From Eledone cirrhosa (taxonomy: Eukaryota), in contig OZ024740.1 in NCBI GenBank assembly GCA_964016885.1, positions 431,272,001-431,336,000 on the forward strand: DNA of 64,000 bases, in the 5' to 3' direction. Both the position numbers and the translations under genes were made by a program. Below, one piece after another: positions 39,300 through 51,601 of the stretch (positions within the stretch are counted from its first letter, which is position 1; every line of letters begins with the position of its first letter). A model generated the notes under the pieces. The model did not search any database and was not told the origin of the DNA. It was given only the letters and a program-made list of their open reading frames with translations.

Positions 39300-42200
39300 G
39301 AGAGGTTGTTATTCCCTTAACAGGAGTAAAGAGTCCTCTCTACTTTACACGTCTCCAATTGTCAATCTTTAGAGAGGTTGTTATTCCCTAAACAGGAGTA
39401 GAGTCCTCTCTACCTTACATGTCTCCAATTGTCAATCTTTAGAGAGGTTGTTATTCCGTTAACAGGAGTAAAGAGTCCTCTCTACCTTACATGTCTCTCA
39501 TTGTGAATCTTTAGACAGGTTGTTATTCCCTTAACAGGAGTAAAGAGTCCTCTCTACCTTACATGTCTCCAATTGTCAATCTTTAGAGAGGTTGTTATTC
39601 CCTTAACAGGAGTAAAGAGTGCTCTCTACCTTACATGTCTCCAATTGTCAATCTTTAGAGAGGTTGTTATTCCCTTAACAGGAGTAGAGTCCTCTCTACC
39701 TTACATGTCTCCAATTGTCAATCTTTAGAGAGGTTGTTATTCACTTAACATGAGTAAAGAGTCCTCTCTACCTTACATGTCTCCAATTGTCAATCTTTAG
39801 AGAGGTTGTTATTCCCTTAACAGGAGTAAAGAGTCCTCTCTACCTTACATGTCTCCAATTGTCAATCTTTAGAGAGGTTGTTATTCCCTTAACAGGAGTA
39901 AAGAGTCCTCTCTACTTTACATGTCTCAAATTGTCAATCTTTAGAGAGGTTGTTATTCCCTTAACGGGAGTACAGAGTCCTCTCTACCTTACATATCTCC
40001 AATTGTCAATCTTTAGAGAGGTTGTTATTCCCTTAACAGGAGTAAAGAGTCCTCTCTACCTTATGTCTCCAATTGTCAATCTTTAGAGAGGTTGTTATTC
40101 CCTTAACAGGAGTAAAGAGTCCTCTCTACCTTACATGTCTCCTAATTGTCAATCTTTAGAGAGGTTGTTATTCCCTTAACAGGAGTAAAGAGTCCTCTCT
40201 GCCTTACATGTCTCCAATTGTCAATCTTTAGAGAGGTTGTTATTCCCTTAACAGGAGTAAAGAGTCCTCTCTACCTTACATGTCTCCAATTGTCAATCTT
40301 TAGAGAGGTTGTTATTCCCTTAACAGGAGTAAAGAGTCCTCTCTACTTTACATGTCTCCAATTGTCAATCTTTAGAGAGGTTGTTATTCTCTTAACGGGA
40401 GTAAAGAGTCCTCTCTACCTTACATGTCTCCAATTGTCAATCTTTAGAGAGGTTGTTATTCCCTTAACAGGAGTAAAGAGTCCTCTCTACCTTACATGTC
40501 TCCAATTGTCAATCTTTAGAGGGGTTGTTATTCCCTTAACAGGAGTAAAGAGTGCTCTCTACCTTACATGTCTCCAATTGTCAATCTTTAGAGAGGTTGT
40601 TATTCCCTTAACAGGAGTAAAGAGTCCTCTCTACCTTACATGTCTCCAATTGTCAATCTTTAGAGAGGTTGTTATTCCCTTAACAGGATTAAAGAGTGCT
40701 CTCTACCTTACATGTCTCCAATTGTCAATCTTTAGAGAGGTTGTTATTCCCTTAACAGGAGTAAAGAGTCCTCTCTACCTTACATGTCTCCAATTGTCAA
40801 TCTTTACAGAGATGTTGTTATTCCCTTAACAGGAGTAAAGAGTCCACTCTACTTTACATGTCTCCAATTGTCAATCTTTAGAGAAGTTGTTATTCCCTTA
40901 ACAGGAGTAAAGAGTCCTCTCTACCTTACATGTCTCCAATTGTCAATCTTTACAGAGAGGTTGTTATTCCCTTAACAGGAGTAAAGAGTCCTCTCTACCT
41001 TACATGTCTCCAATTGTCAATCTTTAGAGAGGTTGTTATTCCCTTAACAGGAGTAAAGAGTCCTCTCTACCTTACATGTCTCCAATTGTCAATCTTTAGA
41101 GAGGTTGTTATTCCCTTAACAGGAGTAAAGAGTCCTCTCTACCTTACATGTCTCCAATTGTCAATCTTTAGAGAGGTTGTTATTCCCTTAACAGGAGTAA
41201 AGAGTCCTCTCTACTTTACATGTCTCCAATTGTCAATCTTTAGAGAGGTTGTTATTCCCTTAACAGGAGTAAAGAGTCCTCTCTACTTTACATGTCTCAA
41301 ATTGTCAATATTTAGAGAGGTTGTTATTCCCTTAACGGGAGTACAGAGTCCTCTCTACCTTACATGTCTCCAATTGTCAATCTTTAGAGAGGTTGTTATT
41401 CCCTTAACAGGAGTAAAGAGTCCTCTCTACCTTATGTCTCCAATTGTCAATCTTTAGAGAGGTTGTTATTCCCTTAACAGGAGTAAAGAGTGCTCTCTAC
41501 CTTACATGTCTCCAATTGTCAATCTTTAGAGAGGTTGTTATTCCCTTAACAGGAGTAAAGAGTCCTCTCTACCTTACATGTCTCCAATTGTCAATCTTTA
41601 GAGAGGTTGTTATTCCCTTAACAGGAGTAAAGAATCCTCTCTACTTTACATGTCTCCAATTGTCAATCTTTAGAGAGGTTGTTATTCCCTTAACAGGAGT
41701 AAAGAGTCCTCTCTACCTTACATGTCTCCAATTGTCAATATTTACAGAGAGGTTGTTATTCCCTTAACAGGAGTAAAGAGTGCTCTCTACCTTACATGTC
41801 TCCAATTGTCAATCTTTAGAGAGGTTGTTATTCCCTTAACAGGAGTAAAGAGTCCTCTCTACCTTACATGTCTCCTAATTGTCAATCTTTAGAGAGGTTG
41901 TTATTCCCTTAACAGGAGTAAAGAGTCCTCTCTGCCTTACATGTCTCCAATTGTCAATCTTTAGAGAGGTTGTTATTCCCTAAAACAGGAGTAAAGAGTC
42001 CTCTCTACCTTACATGTCTCCAATTGTCAATCTTTAGAGAGGTTGTTATTCCCTTAACAGGAGTAAAGAGTCCTCTCTACTTTACATGTCTCCAATTGTC
42101 AATCTTTAGAGAGGTTGTTATTCTCTTAACGGGAGTAAAGAGTCCTCTCTACCTTACATGTCTCCAATTGTCAATCTTTAGAGAGGTTGTTATTCCCTTA

Positions 42201-45200
42201 ACAGGAGTAAAGAGTCCTCTCTACCTTACATGTCTCCAATTGTCAATCTTTAGAGGGGTTGTTATTCCCTTAACAGGAGTAAAGAGTGCTCTCTACCTTA
42301 CATGTCTCCAATTGTCAATCTTTAGAGAGGTTGTTATTCCCTTAACAGGAGTAAAGAGTCCTCTCTACCTTACATGTCTCCAATTGTCAATCTTTAGAGA
42401 GGTTGTTATTCCCTTAACAGGATTAAAGAGTGCTCTCTACCTTACATGTCTCCAATTGTCAATCTTTAGAGAGGTTGTTATTCCCTTAACAGGAGTAAAG
42501 AGTCCTCTCTACCTTACATGTCTCCAATTGTCAATCTTTAGAGAGGTTGTTATTCCCTTAACAGGAGTAAAGAGTCCTCTCTACCTTACATGTCTCCAAT
42601 TGTCAATCTTTAGAGAGGTTGTTATTCCCTTAACAGGAGTAAAGAGTCCTCTCTACTTTACATGTCTCCAATTGTCAATCTTTAGAGAGGTTGTTATTCC
42701 CTTAACAGGAGTAGAGAGTCCTCTCTACCTTACATGTCTCCAATTGTCAATCTTTACAGAGAGGTTGTTATTCCCTTAACAGGAGTAAAGAGTCCTCTCT
42801 ACCTTACATGTCTCCAATTGTCAATCTTTAGAGAGGTTGTTATTCCCTAAACAGGAGTAGAGTCCTCTCTACCTTACATGTCTCCAATTGTCAATCTTTA
42901 GAGAGGTTGTTATTCCCTTAACAGGAGTAAAGAGGCCTCTCTACCTTACATGTCTCCAATTGTCAATCTTTAGAGAGGTTGTTATTCCCTTAACAGGAGT
43001 AAAGAGTCCTCTCTACCTTACATGTCTCTCATTGTGAATCTTTAGAGAGGCTGTTATTCCCTTAACAGGAGTAAAGAGTCCTCTCTACCTTACATGTCTC
43101 CAATTGTCAATCTTTAGAGAGGTTGTTATTCCCTTAACAGGAGTAAAGAGTGCTCTCTACCTTACATGTCTCCAATTGTCAATCTTTAGAGAGGTTGTTA
43201 TTCCCTTAACAGGAGTAGAGTCCTCTCTACCTTACATGTCTCCAATTGTCAATCTTTAGAGAGGTTGTTATTCACTTAACATGAGTAAAGAGTCCTCTCT
43301 ACTTTACATGTCTCCAATTGTCAATCTTTAGAGAGGTTGTTATTCCCTTAACAGGAGTAAAGAGTCCTCTCTACCTTACATGTCTCCAATTGTCAATCTT
43401 TAGAGAGGTTGTTATTCCCTTAACAGGAGTAAAGAGTCCTCTCTACTTTACATGTCTCAAATTGTCAATCTTTAGAGAGGTTGTTATTCCCTTAACGGGA
43501 GTACAGAGTCCTCTCTACCTTACATGTCTCCAATTGTCAATCTTTAGAGAGGTTGTTATTCCCTTAACAGGAGTAAAGAGTCCTCTCTACCTTATGTCTC
43601 CAATTGTCAATCTTTAGAGAGGTTGTTATTCCCTTAACAGGAGTAAAGAGTCCTCTCTACCTTACATGTCTCCTAATTGTCAATCTTTAGAGAGGTTGTT
43701 ATTCCCTTAACAGGAGTAAAGAGTCCTCTCTGCCTTACATGTCTCCAATTGTCAATCTTTAGAGAGGTTGTTATTCCCTTAACAGGAGTAAAGAGTCCTC
43801 TCTACCTTACATGTCTCCAATTGTCAATCTTTAGAGAGGTTGTTATTCCCTTAACAGGAGTAAAGAGTCCTCTCTACTTTACATGTCTCCAATTGTCAAT
43901 CTTTAGAGAGGTTGTTATTCTCTTAACGGGAGTAAAGAGTCCTCTCTACCTTACATGTCTCCAATTGTCAATCTTTAGAGAGGTTGTTATTCCCTTAACA
44001 GGAGTAAAGAGTCCTCTCTACCTTACATGTCTCCAATTGTCAATCTTTAGAGGGGTTGTTATTCCCTTAACAGGAGTAAAGAGTGCTCTCTACCTTACAT
44101 GTCTCCAATTGTCAATCTTTAGAGAGGTTGTTATTCCCTTAACAGGAGTAAAGAGTCCTCTCTACCTTACATGTCTCCAATTGTCAATCTTTAGAGAGGT
44201 TGTTATTCCCTTAACAGGATTAAAGAGTGCTCTCTACCTTACATGTCTCCAATTGTCAATCTTTAGAGAGGTTGTTATTCCCTTAACAGGAGTAAAGAGT
44301 CCTCTCTACCTTACATGTCTCCAATTGTCAATCTTTACAGAGATGTTGTTATTCCCTTAACAGGAGTAAAGAGTCCACTCTACTTTACATGTCTCCAATT
44401 GTCAATCTTTAGAGAAGTTGTTATTCCCTTAACAGGAGTAAAGAGTCCTCTCTACCTTACATGTCTCCAATTGTCAATCTTTACAGAGAGGTTGTTATTC
44501 CCTTAACAGGAGTAAAGAGTCCTCTCTACCTTACATGTCTCCAATTGTCAATCTTTAGAGAGGTTGTTATTCCCTTAACAGGAGTAAAGAGTCCTCTCTA
44601 CCTTACATGTCTCCAATTGTCAATCTTTAGAGAGGTTGTTATTCCCTTAACAGGAGTAAAGAGTCCTCTCTACTTTACATGTCTCCAATTGTCAATCTTT
44701 AGAGAGGTTGTTATTCCCTTAACAGGAGTAAAGAGTCCTCTCTACTTTACATGTCTCAAATTGTCAATCTTTAGAGAGGTTGTTATTCCCTTAACGGGAG
44801 TACAGAGTCCTCTCTACCTTACATGTCTCCAATTGTCAATCTTTAGAGAGGTTGTTATTCCCTTAACAGGAGTAAAGAGTCCTCTCTACCTTATGTCTCC
44901 AATTGTCAATCTTTAGAGAGGTTGTTATTCCCTTAACAGGAGTAAAGAGTGCTCTCTACCTTACATGTCTCCAATTGTCAATCTTTAGAGAGGTTGTTAT
45001 TCCCTTAACAGGAGTAAAGAGTCCTCTCTACCCTACATGTCTCCAATTGTCAATCTTTAGAGAGGTTGTTACTCCCTTAACAGGAGTAAAGAGTCCTCTC
45101 TACTTTACATGTCTCCAATTGTCAATCTTTAGAGAGGTTGTTATTCCCTTAACAGGAGTAAAGAGTCCTCTCTACCTTACATGTCTCCAATTGTCAATAT

Positions 45201-48200
45201 TTACAGAGAGGTTGTTATTCCCTTAACAGGAGTAAAGAGTGCTCTCTACCTTACATGTCTCCAATTGTCAATCTTTAGAGAGGTTGTTATTCCCTTAACA
45301 GGAGTAAAGAGTCCTCTCTACCTTACATGTCTCCTAATTGTCAATCTTTAGAGAGGTTGTTATTCCCTTAACAGGAGTAAAGAGTCCTCTCTGCCTTACA
45401 TGTCTCCAATTGTCAATCTTTAGAGAGGTTGTTATTCCCTAAAACAGGAGTAAAGAGTCCTCTCTACCTTACATGTCTCCAATTGTCAATCTTTAGAGAG
45501 GTTGTTATTCCCTTAACAGGAGTAAAGAGTCCTCTCTACTTTACATGTCTCCAATTGTCAATCTTTAGAGAGGTTGTTATTCTCTTAACGGGAGTAAAGA
45601 GTCCTCTCTACCTTACATGTCTCCAATTGTCAATCTTTAGAGAGGTTGTTATTCCCTTAACAGGAGTAAAGAGTCCTCTCTACCTTACATGTCTCCAATT
45701 GTCAATCTTTAGAGGGGTTGTTATTCCCTTAACAGGAGTAAAGAGTGCTCTCTACCTTACATGTCTCCAATTGTCAATCTTTAGAGAGGTTGTTATTCCC
45801 TTAACAGGAGTAAAGAGTCCTCTCTACCTTACATGTCTCCAATTGTCAATCTTTAGAGAGGTTGTTATTCCCTTAACAGGATTAAAGAGTGCTCTCTACC
45901 TTACATGTCTCCAATTGTCAATCTTTAGAGAGGTTGTTATTCCCTTAACAGGAGTAAAGAGTCCTCTCTACCTTACATGTCTCCAATTGTCAATCTTTAC
46001 AGAGATGTTGTTATTCCCTTAACAGGAGTAAAGAGTCCACTCTACTTTACATGTCTCCAATTGTCAATCTTTAGAGAAGTTGTTATTCCCTTAACAGGAG
46101 TAAAGAGTCCTCTCTACCTTACATGTCTCCAATTGTCAATCTTTACAGAGAGGTTGTTATTCCCTTAACAGGAGTAAAGAGTCCTCTCTACCTTACATGT
46201 CTCCAATTGTCAATCTTTAGAGAGGTTGTTATTCCCTTAATAGGAGTAAAGAGTCCTCTCTACCTTACATGTCTCCAATTGTCAATCTTTAGAGAGGTTG
46301 TTATTCCCTTAACAGGAGTAAAGAGTCCTCTCTACCTTACATGTCTCCAATTGTCAATCTTTAGAGAGGTTGTTATTCCCTTAACAGGAGTAAAGAGTCC
46401 TCTCTACTTTACATGTCTCCAATTGTCAATCTTTAGAGAGGTTGTTATTCCCTTAACAGGAGTAGAGAGTCCTCTCTACCTTACATGTCTCCAATTGTCA
46501 ATCTTTACAGAGAGGTTGTTATTCCCTTAACAGGAGTAAAGAGTCCTCTCTACCTTACATGTCTCCAATTGTCAATCTTTAGAGAGGTTGTTATTCCCTA
46601 AACAGGAGTAGAGTCCTCTCTACCTTACATGTCTCCAATTGTCAATCTTTAGAGAGGTTGTTATTCCCTTAACAGGAGTAAAGAGGCCTCTCTACCTTAC
46701 ATGTCTCCAATTGTCAATCTTTAGAGAGGTTGTTATTCCCTTAACAGGAGTAAAGAGTCCTCTCTACCTTACATGTCTCTCATTGTGAATCTTTAGAGAG
46801 GCTGTTATTCCCTTAACAGGAGTAAAGAGTCCTCTCTACCTTACATGTCTCCAATTGTCAATCTTTAGAGAGGTTGTTATTCCCTTAACAGGAGTAAAGA
46901 GTGCTCTCTACCTTACATGTCTCCAATTGTCAATCTTTAGAGAGGTTGTTATTCCCTTAACAGGAGTAGAGTCCTCTCTACCTTACATGTCTCCAATTGT
47001 CAATCTTTAGAGAGGTTGTTATTCACTTAACATGAGTAAAGAGTCCTCTCTACCTTACATGTCTCCAATTGTCAATCTTTAGAGAGGTTGTTATTCCCTT
47101 AACAGGAGTAAAGAGTCCTCTCTACCTTACATGTCTCCAATTGTCAATCTTTAGAGAGGTTGTTATTCCCTTAACAGGAGTAAAGAGTCCTCTCTACTTT
47201 ACATGTCTCAAATTGTCAATCTTTAGAGAGGTTGTTATTCCCTTAACGGGAGTACAGAGTCCTCTCTACCTTACATGTCTCCAATTGTCAATCTTTAGAG
47301 AGGTTGTTATTCCCTTAACAGGAGTAAAGAGTCCTCTCTACCTTATGTCTCCAATTGTCAATCTTTAGAGAGGTTGTTATTCCCTTAACAGGAGTAAAGA
47401 GTCCTCTCTACCTTACATGTCTCCTAATTGTCAATCTTTAGAGAGGTTGTTATTCCCTTAACAGGAGTAAAGAGTCCTCTCTGCCTTACATGTCTCCAAT
47501 TGTCAATCTTTAGAGAGGTTGTTATTCCCTTAACAGGAGTAAAGAGTCCTCTCTACCTTACATGTCTCCAATTGTCAATCTTTAGAGAGGTTGTTATTCC
47601 CTTAACAGGAGTAAAGAGTCCTCTCTACTTTACATGTCTCCAATTGTCAATCTTTAGAGAGGTTGTTATTCTCTTAACGGGAGTAAAGAGTCCTCTCTAC
47701 CTTACATGTCTCCAATTGTCAATCTTTAGAGAGGTTGTTATTCCCTTAACAGGAGTAAAGAGTCCTCTCTACCTTACATGTCTCCAATTGTCAATCTTTA
47801 GAGGGGTTGTTATTCCCTTAACAGGAGTAAAGAGTGCTCTCTACCTTACATGTCTCCAATTGTCAATCTTTAGAGAGGTTGTTATTCCCTTAACAGGAGT
47901 AAAGAGTCCTCTCTACCTTACATGTCTCCAATTGTCAATCTTTAGAGAGGTTGTTATTCCCTTAACAGGATTAAAGAGTGCTCTCTACCTTACATGTCTC
48001 CAATTGTCAATCTTTAGAGAGGTTGTTATTCCCTTAACAGGAGTAAAGAGTCCTCTCTACCTTACATGTCTCCAATTGTCAATCTTTACAGAGATGTTGT
48101 TATTCCCTTAACAGGAGTAAAGAGTCCACTCTACTTTACATGTCTCCAATTGTCAATCTTTAGAGAAGTTGTTATTCCCTTAACAGGAGTAAAGAGTCCT

Positions 48201-48400
48201 CTCTACCTTACATGTCTCCAATTGTCAATCTTTACAGAGAGGTTGTTATTCCCTTAACAGGAGTAAAGAGTCCTCTCTACCTTACATGTCTCCAATTGTC
48301 AATCTTTAGAGAGGTTGTTATTCCCTTAACAGGAGTAAAGAGTCCTCTCTACCTTACATGTCTCCAATTGTCAATCTTTAGAGAGGTTGTTATTCCCTTA
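39300..48400 (+). repeat. Imperfect tandem higher-order repeat, ~3.5-3.75 kb period, ~2.5 copies
   Basis: Landmarks 39787/43318/47069, 40146/43677/47428 and 40784/44315/48066 (offsets 3531 and 3751); 41444/44903 and 41970/45429 (offset 3459). Boundaries approximate. Confidence 0.8.
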
Positions 48401-51400
48401 ACAGGAGTAAAGAGTGCTCTCTACCTTACATGTCTCCAATTGTCAATCTTTAGAGAGGTTGTTATTCCCTTAACAGGAGTAAAGAGTCCTCTCTACCTTA
48501 CATGTCTCCTAATTGTCAATCTTTAGAGAGGTTGTTATTCCCTTAACAGGAGTAAAGAGTCCTCTCTACCTTACATGTCTCCAATTGTCAATCTTTAGAG
48601 AGGTTGTTATTCCCTTAACAGGAGTAAAGAGTCCTCTCTACTTTACATGTCTCCAATTGTCAATCTTTAGAGAGGTTGTTATTCCCTTAACAGGAGTAAA
48701 GAGTCCTCTCTACCTTACATGTCTCCAATTGTCAATATTTACAGAGAGGTTGTTATTCCCTTAACAGGAGTAAAGAGTGCTCTCTACCTTACATGTCTCC
48801 AATTGTCAATCTTTAGAGAGGTTGTTATTCCCTTAACAGGAGTAAAGAGTCCTCTCTACCTTACATGTCTCCTAATTGTCAATCTTTAGAGAGGTTGTTA
48901 TTCCCTTAACAGGAGTAAAGAGTCCTCTCTACCTTACATGTCTCCAATTGTCAATCTTTAGAGAGGTTGTTATTCCCTTAACAGGAGTAAAGAGTCCTCT
49001 CTACCTTACATGTCTCCTAATTGTCAATCTTTAGAGAGGTTGTTATTCCCTTAACAGGAGTAAAGAGTCCTCTCTACCTTACATGTCTCCAATTGTCAAT
49101 CTTTAGAGAGGTTGTTATTCCCTTAACAGGAGTAGAGAGTCCTCTCTACCTTACATGTCTCCAATTGTCAATCTTTACAGAGAGGTTGTTATTCCCTTAA
49201 CAGGAGTAAAGAGTCCTCTCTACTTTACACGTCTCCAATTGTCAATCTTTAGAGAGGTTGTTATTCCCTAAACAGGAGTAGAGTCCTCTCTACCTTACAT
49301 GTCTCCAATTGTCAATCTTTAGAGAGGTTGTTATTCCCTTAACAGGAGTAAAGAGGCCTCTCTACCTTACATGTCTCCAATTGTCAATCTTTAGAGAGGT
49401 TGTTATTCCCTTAACAGAAGTAAAGAGTCCTCTCTACCTTACATGTCTCCAATTGTCAATCTTTAGAGAGGTTGTTATTCCCTTAACAGGAGTAAAGAGT
49501 CCTCTCTACTTTACATGTCTCCAATTGTCAATCTTTAGAGAGGTTGTTATTCCCTTAACAGGAGTAGAGAGTCCTCTCTACCTTACATGTCTCCAATTGT
49601 CAATATTTACAGAGAGGTTGTTATTCCCTTAACACGCGTAAAGAGTCCTCTCTACTTTACATGTCTCCAATTGTCAATCTTTAGAGAGGTTGTTATTCCC
49701 TTAACAGGAGTAAAGAGTCCTCTCTACCTTACATGTCTCCAATTGTCAATCTTTAGAGAGGTTGTTATTCCCTTAACAGGAGTAAAGAGTCCTCTCTACC
49801 TTACATGTCTCCAATTGTCAATCTTTAGAGAGGTTGTTATTCCCTTAACAGGAGTAAAGAGTCCTCTCTACTTTACATGTCTCCAATTGTCAATCTTTAG
49901 AGAGGTTGTTATTCTCTTAACGGGAGTAAAGAGTCCTCTCTACCTTACATGTCTCCAATTGTCAATCTTTAGAGAGGTTGTTATTCCCTTAACAGGAGTA
50001 AAGAGTCCTCTCTACCTTACATGTCTCCAATTGTCAATCTTTAGAGGGGTTGTTATTCCCTTAACAGGAGTAAAGAGTGCTCTCTACCTTACATGTCTCC
50101 AATTGTCAATCTTTAGAGAGGTTGTTATTCCCTTAACGGGAGTAAAGAGTCCTCTCTACCTTACATGTCTCCAATTGTCAATCTTTAGAGAGGTTGTTAT
50201 TCCCTTAACAGGAGTAAAGAGTCCTCTCTACCTTACATATCTCCAATTGTCAATCTTTAGAGAGGTTGTTATTCCCTTAACAGGAGTAAAGAGTCCTCTC
50301 TACCTTACATGTCTCCAATTGTCAATCTTTACAGAGATGTTGTTATTCCCTTAACAGGAGTAAAGAGTCCACTCTACTTTACATGTCTCCAATTGTCAAT
50401 CTTTAGAGAAGTTGTTATTCCCTTAACAGGAGTAAAGAGTCCTCTCTACCTTACATGTCTCCAATTGTCAATCTTTACAGAGAGGTTGTTATTCCCTTAA
50501 CAGGAGTAAAGAGTCCTCTCTACCTTACATGTCTCCAATTGTCAATCTTTAGAGAGGTTGTTATTCCCTTAACAGGAGTAAAGAGTCCTCTCTACCTTAC
50601 ATGTCTCCAATTGTCAATCTTTAGAGAGGTTGTTATTCCCTTAACAGGAGTAAAGAGTCCTCTCTACCTTACATGTCTCCAATTGTCAATCTTTAGAGAG
50701 ATTGTTATTCCCTTAACAGGAGTAAAGAGTCCTCTCTACTTTACATGTCTCCAATTGTCAATCTTTAGAGAGGTTGTTATTCCCTTAACAGGAGTAGAGA
50801 GTCCTCTCTACCTTACATGTCTCCAATTGTCAATCTTTACAGAGAGGTTGTTATTCCCTTAACAGGAGTAAAGAGTCCTCTCTACTTTACATGTCTCCAA
50901 TTGTCAATCTTTAGAGAGGTTGTTATTCCCTAAACAGGAGTAGAGTCCTCTCTACCTTACATGTCTCCAATTGTCAATCTTTAGAGAGGTTGTTATTCCC
51001 TTAACAGGAGTAAAGAGGCCTCTCTACCTTACATGTCTCCAATTGTCAATCTTTAGAGAGGTTGTTATTCCGTTAACAGGAGTAAAGAGTCCTCTCTACC
51101 TTACATGTCTCCAATTGTCAATCTTTAGAGAGGTTGTTATTCCCTTAACAGGAGTAAAGAGTCCTCTCTACCTTACATGTCTCCAATTGTCAATCTTTAG
51201 AGAGGTTGTTATTCCCTTAACAGGAGTAAAGAGTCCTCTCTACCTTACATGTCTCTCATTGTGAATCTTTAGAGAGGTTGTTATTCCCTTAACAGGAGTA
51301 AAGAGTGCTCTCTACCTTACATGTCTCCAATTGTCAATCTTTAGAGAGGTTGTTATTCCCTTAACAGGAGTAGAGTCCTCTCTACCTTACATGTCTCCAA

Positions 51401-51601
51401 TTGTCAATCTTTAGAGAGGTTGTTATTCACTTAACATGAGTAAAGAGTCCTCTCTACCTTACATGTCTCCAATTGTCAATCTTTAGAGAGGTTGTTATTC
51501 CCTTAACAGGAGTAAAGAGTCCTCTCTACCTTACATGTCTCCAATCGTCAATCTTTAGAGAGGTTGTTATTCCCTTAACAGGAGTAAAGAGTCCTCTCTA
51601 C
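44805..51601 (+). repeat. ~6.8-kb block repeated at ~53754-60478 (offset 8949, then 8877 after loss of one monomer)
   Basis: Landmarks 44903/53852, 46123/55072, 47428/56377 and 49587/58536 (offset 8949); 50309/59186, 50971/59848 and CAATCGTC at 51546/60423 (offset 8877). Confidence 0.9.
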
